A stretch of 64,000 nucleotides of DNA from a bacterium (GTDB taxonomy: Bacteria > Zhuqueibacterota > Zhuqueibacteria > Residuimicrobiales > Krinioviventaceae). Both the position numbers and the translations under genes were made by a program. How positions within the stretch are numbered: position 1 is the stretch's first letter; each line of letters begins with the position of its first letter. A model generated the notes under the pieces. That model saw only the letters and a list, made by a program, of their open reading frames with translations. It did no database searches and was not told the DNA's origin. This document shows, one piece after another, positions 39,660 to 50,314 of the stretch. The stretch spans positions 5,152,001 through 5,216,000 of the forward strand of contig OY843751.1 of NCBI GenBank assembly GCA_963693055.1. Direction: 5' to 3'.

Positions 39660-40031
39660 ATGAATCCCATACGCATAAAATACCTCATCACCCTCACTCT
39701 CCTCATCCCCATTGGTCTGGGGACAAAATTCTATTCCGGTCCGTTACAGGACTGGGTGCATGCTTACGCGGGGGATATTTTCTATCCCATGTTCTGGTAT
39801 TTTCTGCTCATATTCTTTTTCCCGCGCATGAATCCCCTTATAGCCGCACTGATTATATTTACATATTCTACCGCAATCGAATTTACGCAACTGCTCAGTT
39901 CTCCCCTGTTGCAACGCATCCGCAGTCATTTTCTCGGTAGAACGCTCATCGGCGTTCAGTTTGTGGCAATGGATATTCTCTATTACGGGATTGGATGTGT
40001 GCTGGGGGTAGGGTTGCAAAAGATACTTTAA
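39660..40031 (+). CDS. DUF2809-like small membrane protein
   Basis: YAGDIFY, IEFTQL, GRTLIG..F...DILYY. Confidence 0.75.
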   Translation: MNPIRIKYLITLTLLIPIGLGTKFYSGPLQDWVHAYAGDIFYPMFWYFLLIFFFPRMNPLIAALIIFTYSTAIEFTQLLSSPLLQRIRSHFLGRTLIGVQFVAMDILYYGIGCVLGVGLQKIL

Positions 40032-40124
40032 CTCACAGGTTCCCAATCAACTCTCCGGAAACCGTAATAACGGGCACGGCTTCGGAAGGTGCATCAAAAT
40101 AACTTGTAAAAAGGAAAAACTAAC

Positions 40125-40155
40125 GATCGTGACAGAGATGATCTCTGTCACGATC
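40125..40155. repeat. Dispersed palindrome CGTGACAGAG-N5-CTCTGTCACG
   Basis: Other copies at 55101-55131 and, degenerate, 2521-2545. Confidence 0.7.
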
Positions 40156-40222
40156 AGGAAATCAATTTTCTGCGCCCCTGCGTCCCCAGCGTTTAAATAT
40201 CAATTTATTCTAAAAAGACTTG

Positions 40223-40532
40223 CTATCCATTCTTTAACGATTCCATCAACTTTAAAAAGTAAATCGGTTCTTTTTTCGTATACAAATCTTTCCAGGCCTC
40301 CAGCGTGTTTGCATTGAACAAATCCAATAATTTTAGGATCTCATAGGTAAATTCAATGGGATTCAAGCCGGAGGCAGTAATTAAATTTTTATCGTTAACA
40401 GCCGGACTATTTTGAAATAACGCCTCTCCCTTGTATGCTTTACAGGCATATTTTAAATATTCTTTATCATTGCTGGTATGTTTCTTATTATCCAACGCTC
40501 CGATATTGGCAAGTCCTGTGGTTGCTCCGCAT
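40223..40532 (-). pseudogene. 3' half duplicate of the DJ-1/PfpI gene
   Basis: Near-identical to 42151-42460; begins at the CGA of the ICGA motif. Confidence 0.85.
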
Positions 40533-40559
40533 GCGGCCCCGACGTTAAAATTTAAAAAA

Positions 40560-40599
40560 GTCCGTCTACGACGGTCAAACGAAATGAATTTCGTTCTAC
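40560..40599 (-). repeat. GTAG-type REP-like palindrome
   Basis: Inverted copy of 525-564. Confidence 0.6.
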
Positions 40600-40895
40600 T
40601 GTTCCGTGTTATTCCGTGATTCTTCTTTACAACCCGATCCTTTGATACATCCCGTCCGCCAACTAGCGATCGAACACTCGGGAATCGGGCTGGTAATTTT
40701 TGTATTTAGAGCTTTTCTACCTTCCTGCGGATGTGGTTCGTGGGCAATTTTTGAATGGAGCAGATCCAATCAAATCAACCGAAATTCTGAAATGCCGCAC
40801 TATCATATGGATCAATAACCACTTATTTCACCGCATTGGCACATATATTGCTATACAGATTTATATCAAACCATCTTGAATTCAAAAGGACCAAT

Positions 40896-41480
40896 ATGAT
40901 TAACAGCATACTCGCCGCAAAGCAGACACTGGCTGTAAATTTGACACAAGCCCCATCACAATTAAATACTGCAAATTCTAAAAATATTAAAACAGCCACT
41001 GACACGGTTAATATCTCAAATGTTGCAAAATCTTTATTTCAGAACAGCATACTCCCTCCAGATCAAAGAAATTCAGAATCTCTTAGCGACATAGATGTAG
41101 CGCTGTCAGAAACAACAGCAGCCCTCGAAGAACAATTGCAAACTCTTTATTCTAAATATGGAATATCTTCCGATTCCAGCATGACAATCAGTGTTGCCAG
41201 CGATGGAAGCATTCTCGTCAATGGTAACAGTCCCGAGTCAGAAACTCTTGCTGATGCAATTAATGCTGATGACGGAATATCCAATTCAATCAGAGAATTA
41301 TCGGCCAAAGCCGCATTATTAGAAGCAGCAAAAAAACACCAGGAATTTACCGAGGCCTATAAAAAAGATCCAAAATCTGCAATTGAAGAGTATGGATATT
41401 TATTCGATGACAATAAAACATATCATACAACATTCTCAATGCAGAACGGTCACATTGATATAAACGTAGAATATTATTAA
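40896..41480 (+). CDS. Hypothetical protein
   Basis: ATG at 40896 after AAAGGA; Ser/Thr/Asn-rich N-terminus containing DTVNIS. Confidence 0.6.
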   Translation: MINSILAAKQTLAVNLTQAPSQLNTANSKNIKTATDTVNISNVAKSLFQNSILPPDQRNSESLSDIDVALSETTAALEEQLQTLYSKYGISSDSSMTISVASDGSILVNGNSPESETLADAINADDGISNSIRELSAKAALLEAAKKHQEFTEAYKKDPKSAIEEYGYLFDDNKTYHTTFSMQNGHIDINVEYY

Positions 41481-41568
41481 TTCAGCTCTGCCCTTGATAG
41501 CTTTTAATTTTCCAACGCCCCATCTGTTGCTAGCGGAAATGAACCAGATCAGTTCACTGCTTAATACC

Positions 41569-41871
41569 TTACCCTTTGTCATTCTGGTCCAGGCAGGTTT
41601 TTGTTTTTACAATTTTTCTGCCGATCCTCTCCATAACCAGGTGATACAGTATTTCATAGTTTCTTACACGAGCCAGCCAGTGATACTCTAGTGATAAAAC
41701 ATTATCAACTTTGAATGACCATTGTCGGGATTCCCGATATTCCATGAATGCCTCATTGAACGTTTTTATCATGGACTGAACTCGGGCCCTTTTTAGTAAA
41801 CCATCCAAAGGTCCCTTGAAATCCCATTTAAACGCAAAACCCGTTTTAATGCTAATGATATTATCCTGCAC
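41569..41871 (-). CDS. Hypothetical protein or gene fragment
   Basis: 100-aa ORF with no recognisable motif. Confidence 0.35.
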   Translation of the reverse strand: MQDNIISIKTGFAFKWDFKGPLDGLLKRARVQSMIKTFNEAFMEYRESRQWSFKVDNVLSLEYHWLARVRNYEILYHLVMERIGRKIVKTKTCLDQNDKG

Positions 41872-42150
41872 CCCTTTGGTGTGCCGTACAACCGGGATCG
41901 TGCTTTAGCTCAACGCTTACAGTGGCGTTAACCTGCAAAGTTTAAATAACGAAGGAAATAGCAGCATATCACTTCCAGCGTAATGCAATCTGATGGTAAT
42001 TTATTTTTTGGAATGAACCCGAATCCTGTACGGATACGTTTTAGCCCATCCCATTAATTCATACCACAATCCCAGGTATTCCGGATCACCTCGGTCAGAG
42101 GGACGGGAGACAATAGCAAACCGGTTCTTTTTTAGGGCCTGATCAAGGGG

Positions 42151-42774
42151 TCATCCATTCTTTAACGATTCCATCAACTCGAAAAAATAAATCGGTTCTT
42201 TTTTCGTATACAAACCTTTCCAGGCTTCCAGCGTGTCTTCCTTGAACAAATCCAATAATTTTAGGATCTCATATGTAAACTCTATGGGATTCAATCCGGA
42301 AGCGGTAATTAAATTTTTATCGTTAACAGCCGGACTATTTTGAAATAACGCCTCTCCCTTGTATGCTTTACAGGCATATTTTAAATATTCTTTATCATTG
42401 CTGGTATGTTTCTTATTATCCAACGCCCCGATATTGGCAAGTCCTGCGGTTGCTCCGCATATTGCCGCAACAGGATAATCGTTATCAATTCTTTCCTTTG
42501 CGATATTCAATACTTTTACATTTTCAGCATTGAACCAGGTATCTCCTCCGGGGAGGATTAAAATATCATCACTTTTCAAATTCATTTCATCAAGTGTAAT
42601 ATCGGGAACAATCTCGATTCCTCCCATGGTCGTAATGGCTTTTTTCTCCAACCCTACTTTTGTAATCTCGCAGGAAACATCTTTTTTAAAATACCGTTTC
42701 GAATATACTTCAGATGTCAAATAAGCGATTTCCCAATCAGCCAGAGTGTTTAAAACGTATAAATATATACTCAT
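42151..42774 (-). CDS. DJ-1/PfpI family (type 1 glutamine-amidotransferase-like) protein
   Basis: LADWE, LPGGDTW, AAICGA, HTSN. Confidence 0.9.
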   Translation of the reverse strand: MSIYLYVLNTLADWEIAYLTSEVYSKRYFKKDVSCEITKVGLEKKAITTMGGIEIVPDITLDEMNLKSDDILILPGGDTWFNAENVKVLNIAKERIDNDYPVAAICGATAGLANIGALDNKKHTSNDKEYLKYACKAYKGEALFQNSPAVNDKNLITASGLNPIEFTYEILKLLDLFKEDTLEAWKGLYTKKEPIYFFELMESLKNG

Positions 42775-42900
42775 TTTTCCCTCTTTTTTAATAACTATCT
42801 AGTTGCAATACGGCAGGCAATTTGCATACCCCACCTGTTTTTATTTTTGAATGGTCTATGGGCAACTTGTTGGAATCGCTGCCAATACTACCATCCGAAT

Positions 42901-42975
42901 TTTAACGCAGAGCGCGCGGAGGTCGCTGAGACATAAATCATTTCCCCTCTGCGTCACTGCGGTCTCTGCGTTAAA
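42901..42975. repeat. Inverted repeat built from ~9-bp periodic units
   Basis: TTTAACGCAGAG...CTCTGCGTTAAA; a related copy lies at 53190-53262. Confidence 0.55.
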
Positions 42976-42992
42976 TTAAATACAAACAAAAA

Positions 42993-44801
42993 TTATTTCT
43001 GATAATGCTCTTTAATGATCTCGCCCATAAAATTGGGTTTTAATGCAATACGATTGTTTTCATCCTTGTATGTAAAATTGGCGGTCTCGTAAAGTACAAA
43101 TCCATCAATACGCGGATATTTTTTCACAAGCGCAATTTCTTCCAGCTTGACCTGTTTTCTTCCTTCATCGGAAGGATAGCTGTGAAAGTCACTTTGAAAG
43201 TAAAACGGCTTGTTGGCGACATGGGTGACAGCACTAAAAATATCCAGGGCTTTTTGTAAATTCCAGGGTTGGAGCTTGAAAGAACCCCTGAATTCCAGAT
43301 CATCGGCAATTTCATTCACCCACGTTTGCCATTGCCACTCGATATTGGGCGGCAGTGAAGGTATACTGTTCCGGCTTTCAAAGCGATCGTCAGCCATGAG
43401 CAATTCAGAATGCAGATGCAGGGTCAGTTTTTTGCCATCATCCCGAATAACCGTTTTGGCTTCTTTGAGAAATTGGGTCAGGGCGTTACCATTGATATGG
43501 CTGACAGTGGTATAGTCCGTACGTCCACCAGAAACTTCAAGTACCGGTTCATTGAATCCATAATTCCAGTAATCCGGCGATTTTGTATGGTTCGCCATTC
43601 TGTAATTGATACCGTCCACGCCCCGCTCCAGACAGAATCGGGTGATATCCATCCAGTGCTCTCTCACCTCGGGATAAACGGGATTCAAATTCCCCAGCAT
43701 GTATTTCTGTTTTCCGCAGGCAACGGCAATAAATCCGTCTCTGTCTAATGTTTTGCGTTTTGTGAGTTTGTAAAACTCGTCAAAAACATAGAAATCCTGA
43801 TAATGCGCTTTCATTTTTTCAACATCATGCATCTCTTTTTTCACCTCGGGATGCTGAAAATACCGGATATATTTTTTCCGTTCTTCACCTGCCATAATCA
43901 TAATATCGCGTTCGCTGTATGTGACGGAACCACTGCCAAAAATATAAGGAATGGTTTTGCCATCCGGACCAATCAGTTCTATAATTTTCCCAATCTCATT
44001 GCTAAAATCACCCTGTTTATCAGCCAGAGTACAGCGTATTAAAATATATGTCTGGTCATCACCAAGTTCCAATCCTTCAAGATGGAGGATGCGGCATTGT
44101 TTCCATTTCGGAAATCCCTTGCGCCACTCGACAGATTCCCGAAAAGATACGGGTCCGGTGTATTCCGTGAACCTGTTATTGGTCGCGCTTGTGTATATAG
44201 TTAAATGCTCTGCTTTGACACGAGTGGGTTCATCGCTGTCTTTTATCAGGCGTATTGTTTTAACAGGGCCCTGGAATTCATAGGTCCCGGGTTTGCGCTT
44301 CAAAGACATTTCCGGGTGACTGGCAGAAAAGGGATTTGCCCAGGGAGAGATCCCACAGATATCTTTAAAAGCTACCGCTTCTTTTGGAAAAGGCATGGTA
44401 TGAGGTAAAACAGACCTGACGCCACCATCTTCAAAGAGCTTGATTTCCGCATAGAGCTCTATACCATATCTGTGCGCGGATTTCACAACCTCGGTCAGCA
44501 GATCTATTCCATAAGGATGTTTTTCGTAAAAAGACCAATAGGTGCTCACAATCCATTGATGACGGGTAACACCCAACGATGCCAGACTTTTGTGCAGATC
44601 GTCCAGCTGATTTATATCCATAAAAGAATCGTTTACCGAAACATTATCTGAATAATCCGTTGTGGCAAATAATCTCTTTAGGGTCTCGGGCTTAGCACCT
44701 GCAAATGGAGAAGAAAAGCTGTTCAAAGCCAGCGCCCCAATCCCCAATGTGGTATGTGATAAAAACGTTCTTCGGCTGATAGATGCTGATGATGTAGTCA
44801 T
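42993..44801 (-). CDS. Tat-exported unassigned TIM-barrel-like protein, paralogue 2
   Basis: SRRTF; TTDYSDN, GVTRHQW, GVDGINYRMANH, GFVLYETA. Confidence 0.78.
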   Translation of the reverse strand: MTTSSASISRRTFLSHTTLGIGALALNSFSSPFAGAKPETLKRLFATTDYSDNVSVNDSFMDINQLDDLHKSLASLGVTRHQWIVSTYWSFYEKHPYGIDLLTEVVKSAHRYGIELYAEIKLFEDGGVRSVLPHTMPFPKEAVAFKDICGISPWANPFSASHPEMSLKRKPGTYEFQGPVKTIRLIKDSDEPTRVKAEHLTIYTSATNNRFTEYTGPVSFRESVEWRKGFPKWKQCRILHLEGLELGDDQTYILIRCTLADKQGDFSNEIGKIIELIGPDGKTIPYIFGSGSVTYSERDIMIMAGEERKKYIRYFQHPEVKKEMHDVEKMKAHYQDFYVFDEFYKLTKRKTLDRDGFIAVACGKQKYMLGNLNPVYPEVREHWMDITRFCLERGVDGINYRMANHTKSPDYWNYGFNEPVLEVSGGRTDYTTVSHINGNALTQFLKEAKTVIRDDGKKLTLHLHSELLMADDRFESRNSIPSLPPNIEWQWQTWVNEIADDLEFRGSFKLQPWNLQKALDIFSAVTHVANKPFYFQSDFHSYPSDEGRKQVKLEEIALVKKYPRIDGFVLYETANFTYKDENNRIALKPNFMGEIIKEHYQK

Positions 44802-44828
44802 GGTATTTTAATCCGCTTTGATAAAATA

Positions 44829-46637
44829 TCATTTTTTCTGATAATGCTCTTTAATGATCTCGCCCATAAAATTGGGTTTCAATGCAATGCGATTGTTTTC
44901 ATCCTTGTATGTAAAATTGGCAGTCTCGTAAAGTACAAATCCATCAATACGCGGATAATTTTTCACAAGCTCAATCTCTTCCAGCTTGAGCTGTTTTCGA
45001 CCTTCATCAGTGGGATAGCTGTGAAAATCACTTTGAAAGTAAAAAGGTTTATTGGCGGCATGGGTGACAGCACTGAAAATATCCAAAGCCATTTGTAAAT
45101 TCCAGGGTTGGAGTTTGAACGAACCCCGGAATTCCAGATCATCAGCAATTTCATGTACCCAGGTTTGCCACTGCCATTCGATATTGGGCGGTAATGAAGG
45201 CAAACTGTTCTTGCTATTCTGACGATCATCCGGAAACAACATGCCCGCATGCAGGTGGAGCGTTAATCCCTTACCCCTGGCTTTAATGACGGTTTTGGCG
45301 TCCCGTAGAAATTTTGTATACGCATCACCATTGACTTTGTTGATGCTTGTGTAATCCGTCTTTCCGCCTGTTGCCTTGAGAACGGGTTCGTTATAACCAT
45401 ACTCCCAATATTCCGGAGAGCGTGTATGGTTCGCCATTCTAAAATTAATGCCATCCACGCCCCTGTCCAGACAAAAATGAACCAGCTCCATCCAGTGTTC
45501 TCTGACCTCGGGATATATGGGATTCAAATTCCCCAGCATGTATTCAGGCCTGCCGCACGCAGCGGCAATAAAGCCCTCCCGGTCCAGCGTCAAGGGCTTG
45601 GTGACTTTATAAAATTCATCAAAAGGATAGAAATCCTGAAAATGCCATTTCATCTTTTCAGGATCGCTTATTTCTTTTTGCACCTCGGGCAATTGCAGAT
45701 AACGGATCAATTGCGTTCTCATTTTATTTTTGAAAAAGACACGGGTATAATAATCAAGATCAGCCGGACCTCGGCTGAGACCATAGGGAATGACTTTGCC
45801 ATCAGCGCCAATAATCTCTAATATTTTTCCTTTCTCGTTTGTAAAGTCACCCTTGCTATCCGCCATGGAACTGCGTATCAAAATATAGCGATGGTCATTA
45901 GGGATTTCAAGACCTTCAAAGTTTAATATTCTAGATTGCTTCCATTTGGGGAATCCCTTGCGCCACTCTACCGATTCCCGAAAAGAAACCGGACCGGTAT
46001 ACTCTGTAAACCGGTTATTGGTTGCACTGGTCCAGATTGATAAATGTTCTGCTTTTAAACGCGTATGACTATCGTCCCTCTTGACGATCCGGATTGCTTT
46101 AACCGGGAGTTTAAACTCTCCGGAACCCGGCCTGCGCTTCATACTCATTTCCGGATGTCGGGCCGCAAAAGGGCGCGCCAAAAGATCAATGCCTTTCATA
46201 TTTTTTAAGGCAACAGCACCTTTGGGGAACGGCATGGTGAGTGGTAAAAGCGCGCCAAACCCACCGTCTTCAAAGGTTTTGATCTCTCCATACAATTCAA
46301 TACCATGCTTGTGAGCAGATTTGACGACCTCGGCTAACAGATCAAAGTTGTGGGGATAGTTTTCGTAAATCGTCCAGATCGTATCCACAATCCATTGGTG
46401 GCGTGTCACACCAAGGGACGCCAGACATTCGTGAAACTGGTCCAATTGCTCCAAATCCATAAAACTTTCACCAAACAAATTATCTGTATAATCGGTTGTT
46501 GCAAATAATTTTTTTACAGTTTCGGGTTTGGAACTTTTGAATGGAGCGGCAATACTATTTAATGATAGTGCCCCCATTCCCAACAGGGTTTGTGACACAA
46601 ATGTTCTGCGACTGATAGATGCTGATGTTTTTGTCAT
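44829..46637 (-). CDS. Tat-exported unassigned TIM-barrel-like protein, paralogue 3
   Basis: SRRTF; same motifs; C-terminus nearly identical to paralogue 2. Confidence 0.78.
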   Translation of the reverse strand: MTKTSASISRRTFVSQTLLGMGALSLNSIAAPFKSSKPETVKKLFATTDYTDNLFGESFMDLEQLDQFHECLASLGVTRHQWIVDTIWTIYENYPHNFDLLAEVVKSAHKHGIELYGEIKTFEDGGFGALLPLTMPFPKGAVALKNMKGIDLLARPFAARHPEMSMKRRPGSGEFKLPVKAIRIVKRDDSHTRLKAEHLSIWTSATNNRFTEYTGPVSFRESVEWRKGFPKWKQSRILNFEGLEIPNDHRYILIRSSMADSKGDFTNEKGKILEIIGADGKVIPYGLSRGPADLDYYTRVFFKNKMRTQLIRYLQLPEVQKEISDPEKMKWHFQDFYPFDEFYKVTKPLTLDREGFIAAACGRPEYMLGNLNPIYPEVREHWMELVHFCLDRGVDGINFRMANHTRSPEYWEYGYNEPVLKATGGKTDYTSINKVNGDAYTKFLRDAKTVIKARGKGLTLHLHAGMLFPDDRQNSKNSLPSLPPNIEWQWQTWVHEIADDLEFRGSFKLQPWNLQMALDIFSAVTHAANKPFYFQSDFHSYPTDEGRKQLKLEEIELVKNYPRIDGFVLYETANFTYKDENNRIALKPNFMGEIIKEHYQKK

Positions 46638-46663
46638 AATACACTATTCCTATTTGAAAAACA

Positions 46664-48484
46664 TCATTTTTTCAGATAATTCTCTTTAATGATTTCATCC
46701 ATAAAATCGGGTTTTAATGCAATGCGGTTATTCTCATTTTTGTATGTAAAATTTGCAGTTTCATAAAGCACGAATCCGTCAATTCCCGGATGATTTTTCA
46801 CAAGCTCAATCTCTTCCAGTTTAACCAGTTCTCGTCCTTTGTCAGAGGGATAACTGTGAAAATCACTTTGATAATAGAATGGCTTATTTGCCGCTTTCGT
46901 AACATGAGTGATAATATCCAATACTTTTTCCACATTCCAGGGACGCAGTTTGAAAGCACCACGAAACTCGATGTCATCAGCAATCTCGTTAATCCAGGTT
47001 TCCCATTGCCATTCGATGTTGGGAGGGATGGAAGGAACTCGCCTGCCGCCCCGTTCATCCGGCCAGAACATGTCGCCATGTAAATGCAGGGTTAATCCTT
47101 TATCCCGGCTTTTTATCAAGGATTTTGCTTCCCGCAGGAATTGGGTAAAAGCGTTACCATTTACCTTGTTAATGCTGGCATAATCGGTTTTTCCACCGGT
47201 CGCTTTCAGCGTGGGTTCATTAAAACCATACTCCCAATATTCCGGAGATCGATTATGGTTCGACATTCTAAAATTGATACCATCCACACCCCTATCCAGA
47301 CAAAACCGCACCAACTTTAGCCAGTGCTCTCTTACTTCCGGATAAACAGGATTCATATTACCCAGCTTATATTCCGGTTTACCGCAGGCAATCGCCAAAA
47401 ATCCTTGCTCATCCAGAGTTACCGTGTTTGTTATTTTATAGTATTCATCAAAGGGATAAAAATCCTGAAAATGTTTTTGCATTTTTCGAGTATCTTTGAT
47501 CTCCTGTTGAACCTCCGGTAATTGCAGGTACCGTATCAGCTGCGTCCGCATTTTATTCTGAAAATAGACCCGGTTATAATAGTCAAAATCCTGTGCTGGG
47601 CCATTGCTCAAAGTATAAGGTATGGTTTGCCCGTCCGCACCGACAAGTTCAAGGATCTTTCCCTTTTCGTTGGTTAAGTCACCCTCTTTATCAGCCAGAG
47701 AACTGCGAATTAAAATGTATCGGTGGTCCTTTGGGATTTTCAGGCCTTCAAGATGAAGGATACGGCATTGCTTCCATTTGGGGAAACCTTTACGCCATTC
47801 CACAGTCTCGCGAAAGGATACCGGACCGTTGTATTTTTCAAACTGGTTGTTGGTTGCGCTGGTCCAGATGGATAAATGCTCTGCTTTGATGCGGGTGGGG
47901 CTATCATCCCTTTTAATAATGCGGATTGTCTTTACGGGGCCTTTGAACGCAAAAGTGCCGGGTCGCCGTTTCATGCTCATCTCCGGATGCCTGGCAGCAA
48001 AAGGACGCGCAAAAAGATCAATTCCCCGCAGATCTTTGAATGCAACCGCATCCTGGGGGAACGGCATAGTGAGCGGAAAAAGCGGACCGCTTCCACCGTC
48101 TTCAAAGGGAATGATCTCTGCATAAAATTCAATGCCATGGCGATGAGCGGATTTAACTGCTTCTTCCAGCAAGTCAAAGTTATGGGGATATTTATCGTAT
48201 ATTGACCAAATGGTGTCCACAATCCATTGGTGGCGGGTCACGCCCAGGGAAGCCAGACTTTTGTGGAACTGGTCCAACTGCTCAATATCCATAAAGGTCT
48301 CGCCAAACAGGTTGTCGGTATAATCGGTTGTGGCAAACAATTTCTTGATGGTTTCCGGCTTGTTTTGCGCATGCGCAGTTTTAACAAACGGATGAGTTGC
48401 TGTACTCATTGCAGCAAAACCGGTCCCATAAATTGATTTTGTGATAAAAGACCTTCTTGAAATTGGATTATTGCCCCTTTTCAT
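46664..48484 (-). CDS. Tat-exported unassigned TIM-barrel-like protein, paralogue 4
   Basis: SRRSF; GVDGINFRMSNH, GFVLYETA. Confidence 0.78.
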   Translation of the reverse strand: MKRGNNPISRRSFITKSIYGTGFAAMSTATHPFVKTAHAQNKPETIKKLFATTDYTDNLFGETFMDIEQLDQFHKSLASLGVTRHQWIVDTIWSIYDKYPHNFDLLEEAVKSAHRHGIEFYAEIIPFEDGGSGPLFPLTMPFPQDAVAFKDLRGIDLFARPFAARHPEMSMKRRPGTFAFKGPVKTIRIIKRDDSPTRIKAEHLSIWTSATNNQFEKYNGPVSFRETVEWRKGFPKWKQCRILHLEGLKIPKDHRYILIRSSLADKEGDLTNEKGKILELVGADGQTIPYTLSNGPAQDFDYYNRVYFQNKMRTQLIRYLQLPEVQQEIKDTRKMQKHFQDFYPFDEYYKITNTVTLDEQGFLAIACGKPEYKLGNMNPVYPEVREHWLKLVRFCLDRGVDGINFRMSNHNRSPEYWEYGFNEPTLKATGGKTDYASINKVNGNAFTQFLREAKSLIKSRDKGLTLHLHGDMFWPDERGGRRVPSIPPNIEWQWETWINEIADDIEFRGAFKLRPWNVEKVLDIITHVTKAANKPFYYQSDFHSYPSDKGRELVKLEEIELVKNHPGIDGFVLYETANFTYKNENNRIALKPDFMDEIIKENYLKK

Positions 48485-50301
48485 TCAACAGCTCCCTGTT
48501 TAAATTGCGATCCTATTATACTCTTGATATCAGAACTCCCCTCAATGTTGCCCGTTTTATTCAAACGGGTATATGCCGCTGTTTCGTATAGACAAAATCC
48601 GGCTATTTCAGGATATTTTTGCATCACTTGAAGATCTTTACTCAAACGGTAATTGGGCCCATCAAAAGTGGTTTCATGAAAATGATCTTGAAAATACAGA
48701 GCTTTATCAGCCTGTTGAGTGACTGAAAGAATGGTTTCCAAAACTTGTTTTGCATGCCAGGGACGGAGAGTGTACACGCCCCGAAATTCCAAATCGTCAG
48801 CAATTTCGTTCACCCAGGTTTCCCACTGCCAATCAAAATTGGGTGGCAGATAGCTTAAACGCCAATGCCTGTCATCCGGGGCCAGCATTTGGGCAAATAT
48901 ATGTACTGTAATCGCTTTCCCCCTGCTTTTGATCAACTCCCGCGCTTCCCGCAAAAATTGTGTATATGCATCGCCATTAATTCGTTTTATGGTTGGATAA
49001 TCCGTTTTACCGCTGGCAGCGTTAAGAACCGGATCGTTAAATCCGTATTCCCAAGCCTCGGGATCCTGACTATGGTTTGCTGCTCTAAAATTAACTCCGT
49101 CTACTCCCCTGTCCAGGCAATAACGAGTCATCTCCAACCAGTGCTCCCTCACCTCTGCATATATGGGATGAAGGTTTCCCAATAAATATTCCGGTTTACC
49201 ACACACAACTGCAATGAACCCGTCTTTATCAAGAGATTTAGAGTCTGTAACTTTATAACGGTCGTAATTGTAGAAATTTTGATAATGCTTTCGCATCTTT
49301 TCAGGATCATTCAATTCTTTCTTGAACTCGGGTAAAGCAAAATAAGGTATCAGATCATAATCATTTATCTGCATTAGATTATAAAATCTTGCCTCATCTG
49401 TTTCAAGAGTAACGGGACCCGTGCTGTGTGTGCAAGGTATCGCTTTTCCATCGGGTCCTTCCAGTTCTATGATTTTTGAAATTTCATTACTGAAATTTCC
49501 ATTTTCGTCAAGAGAACATTTTATCAAAATGTGCCGATGATTCGCTGGTAATTCCAGGTTTTCCAGATTCAATATCCGGCATTTTCTTCCTTTTGGGAAT
49601 CCGATGCGCCATTCAACAGATTCACGAAAGGAAAGTGGCCCCTTGTACGGCTCAAACTCGTTATTGGTAGGGCTGGTAAATAAAGAGAGATGTTCAGCCT
49701 GGATACCTGTTGGCTTGTCATCTTTTTTAACAAGACGAATTGATGAAACCGGTCCACGGAATTCAAAACTTCCGGGTCTGCGTTTCAAATTCATCTCCAG
49801 GTTCTGAGCTGCAAAAGAACTTGCATAGGGTTTAATTCCGCGTATATCCTGAAACGCTTGTGCGTTTTTGGGAAAGGGTAACGAGTGTGGTAATACCGGT
49901 CTGCATCCGCTCTCTTCAAAGGGTTTAATAATCGCATAAAATTCGATACCATGTGCATGTGCCGATTTAACAGCTTCTTTTAACAGATCAAACCCATGCG
50001 GATAATTGTCATAATACGTCCAATTTGTATCAAACATCCATTGATGACGTGTAACACCCAGCGACGCAAGGTAGCTATGTAACTGATCCAGTTGGGCTTT
50101 GTCCATAAAGGATTTATTTACTAAAACATTGTCCAAGTAGTCTGTTGTAGCAAGCAGCTTTTTATTTGTTTTAAACTTGAATTTTTCTATGCTTGAATTC
50201 AGAAACGGATCACTTGCATAGCCCAAAACTGATGATCCTAATGTGATTAATGTTTGCGCCAGAAATTCTCTTCTATTGATATGAAAAGATTTTTTTATCA
50301 T
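48481..50301 (-). CDS. Tat-exported unassigned TIM-barrel-like protein, paralogue 5
   Basis: NRREF; GVDGVNFRAANH, GFCLYETA; 4-nt overlap with the next gene. Confidence 0.78.
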   Translation of the reverse strand: MIKKSFHINRREFLAQTLITLGSSVLGYASDPFLNSSIEKFKFKTNKKLLATTDYLDNVLVNKSFMDKAQLDQLHSYLASLGVTRHQWMFDTNWTYYDNYPHGFDLLKEAVKSAHAHGIEFYAIIKPFEESGCRPVLPHSLPFPKNAQAFQDIRGIKPYASSFAAQNLEMNLKRRPGSFEFRGPVSSIRLVKKDDKPTGIQAEHLSLFTSPTNNEFEPYKGPLSFRESVEWRIGFPKGRKCRILNLENLELPANHRHILIKCSLDENGNFSNEISKIIELEGPDGKAIPCTHSTGPVTLETDEARFYNLMQINDYDLIPYFALPEFKKELNDPEKMRKHYQNFYNYDRYKVTDSKSLDKDGFIAVVCGKPEYLLGNLHPIYAEVREHWLEMTRYCLDRGVDGVNFRAANHSQDPEAWEYGFNDPVLNAASGKTDYPTIKRINGDAYTQFLREARELIKSRGKAITVHIFAQMLAPDDRHWRLSYLPPNFDWQWETWVNEIADDLEFRGVYTLRPWHAKQVLETILSVTQQADKALYFQDHFHETTFDGPNYRLSKDLQVMQKYPEIAGFCLYETAAYTRLNKTGNIEGSSDIKSIIGSQFKQGAVE

Positions 50302-50314
50302 TTTTTACTTTTCC

